This document shows positions 63,315-64,000 of a DNA stretch of 64,000 nucleotides, in pieces. The notes beneath the pieces were generated by a model. The model saw nothing but the letters and a program-made list of their open reading frames with translations, did no database searches and had not been told where the DNA came from. Each line of letters opens with the position of its first letter. The first letter of the stretch is position 1. The stretch covers positions 172,794,001 to 172,858,000 of the forward strand of contig NC_042997.1 in the NCBI RefSeq assembly GCF_006345805.1, in the 5' to 3' direction. Source of the stretch: Octopus sinensis. Lineage: Eukaryota. The position numbers and the translations under genes are program-made.

Positions 63315-63448
63315 TTATTCTTATACAAGAATGTTGTTGATAGTGACTGCAAAGTTTTGGCCAGCTAAGCCAATGTCGAACTGCAGTCCAATGATGCTTA
63401 GCTGGCTGAAACTTCAAAGCCACAGTCAACATTCTTGAATAAGAATAA
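63315..63448. repeat. Degenerate fold-back (inverted repeat) element
   Basis: ttattcttatacaagaatgttg..ggccagctaagc / gcttagctggct..caacattcttgaataagaataa. Confidence 0.7.
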
Positions 63449-64000
63449 ATTTGTACTTTACAAAAAGTACATAGGAACTCTTCAGATTAATGTAGAATTG
63501 TTCTTATAAGAGAACATAAAGACAATATATATAGTACACACACATACAAATACATTGCAGATGCGTTAACTATGTTAATTAAAACACGTTGAAACAGTAC
63601 AAATATTTTAACTACTCATTAAACACCAAACAAAGACGAATGTAAGACTGATAATTCACACAAATACAAGGTAGAAATGTGTTTTGTTAATGATGTATGT
63701 GTGTGCATGCACACACACACACAGAGAAGAGAATGAACGAGAATTTTATTTTCCACAAATACATCGTTAAACCTTTCATGACTAGATTTCTAATGAAATA
63801 CCATGTCTATACATTTTAATTAATTTTGAAGTGAATCAAGAATTAAGAGAGAATTAATAAAATAATTTTGTCCTCATTATGAAGCTGATGTTTAGAACAT
63901 AAAACATTTGTAATTTTTTAAAAACAATTATGAAGGAAGATTGTAAATTTAAATACAAACATTGTAACCCTTTAGCATTCAGATTATCAAATGTAATGTC

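Overview
AT-rich, microsatellite-dense eukaryotic DNA made up mostly of interspersed repeats. The repeat families (tRNA-derived SINEs, RTE LINE 3' ends with (GAT)n tails, CR1, mariner, Helitrons) are most consistent with an octopus (coleoid cephalopod) genome, in intronic or intergenic sequence; the organism call is an inference. Nearly all ORFs in the supplied track come from microsatellites or repeats. Supported coding-derived pieces are transposon remnants: a mariner transposase C-terminus, RTE and CR1 ORF2 C-termini, and an R4/Dong-type RLE C-terminus. One tRNA-Asp(GTC) gene or pseudogene lies on the minus strand at 39367-39438. A host gene could not be identified; a chain of small minus-strand exon candidates is reported at low confidence. 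The main hidden signal is four unrelated short elements that carry type I hammerhead ribozyme folds, at 24.2, 39.8, 40.6 and 55.0 kb. Three of them are fold-back palindromes; two carry a hammerhead fold in each arm on opposite strands, and in the third only the minus-strand arm keeps the fold, with a compensatory G3:C8 core swap. The architecture matches Penelope-like element pseudo-LTRs. Other structural events are a twin-priming inverted RTE nested in a SINE, an inverted local copy of that chimera, nested hAT/Tc MITEs with intact TSDs, a triplicated SINE with a 12-bp TSD, and a 920-bp tandem duplication.
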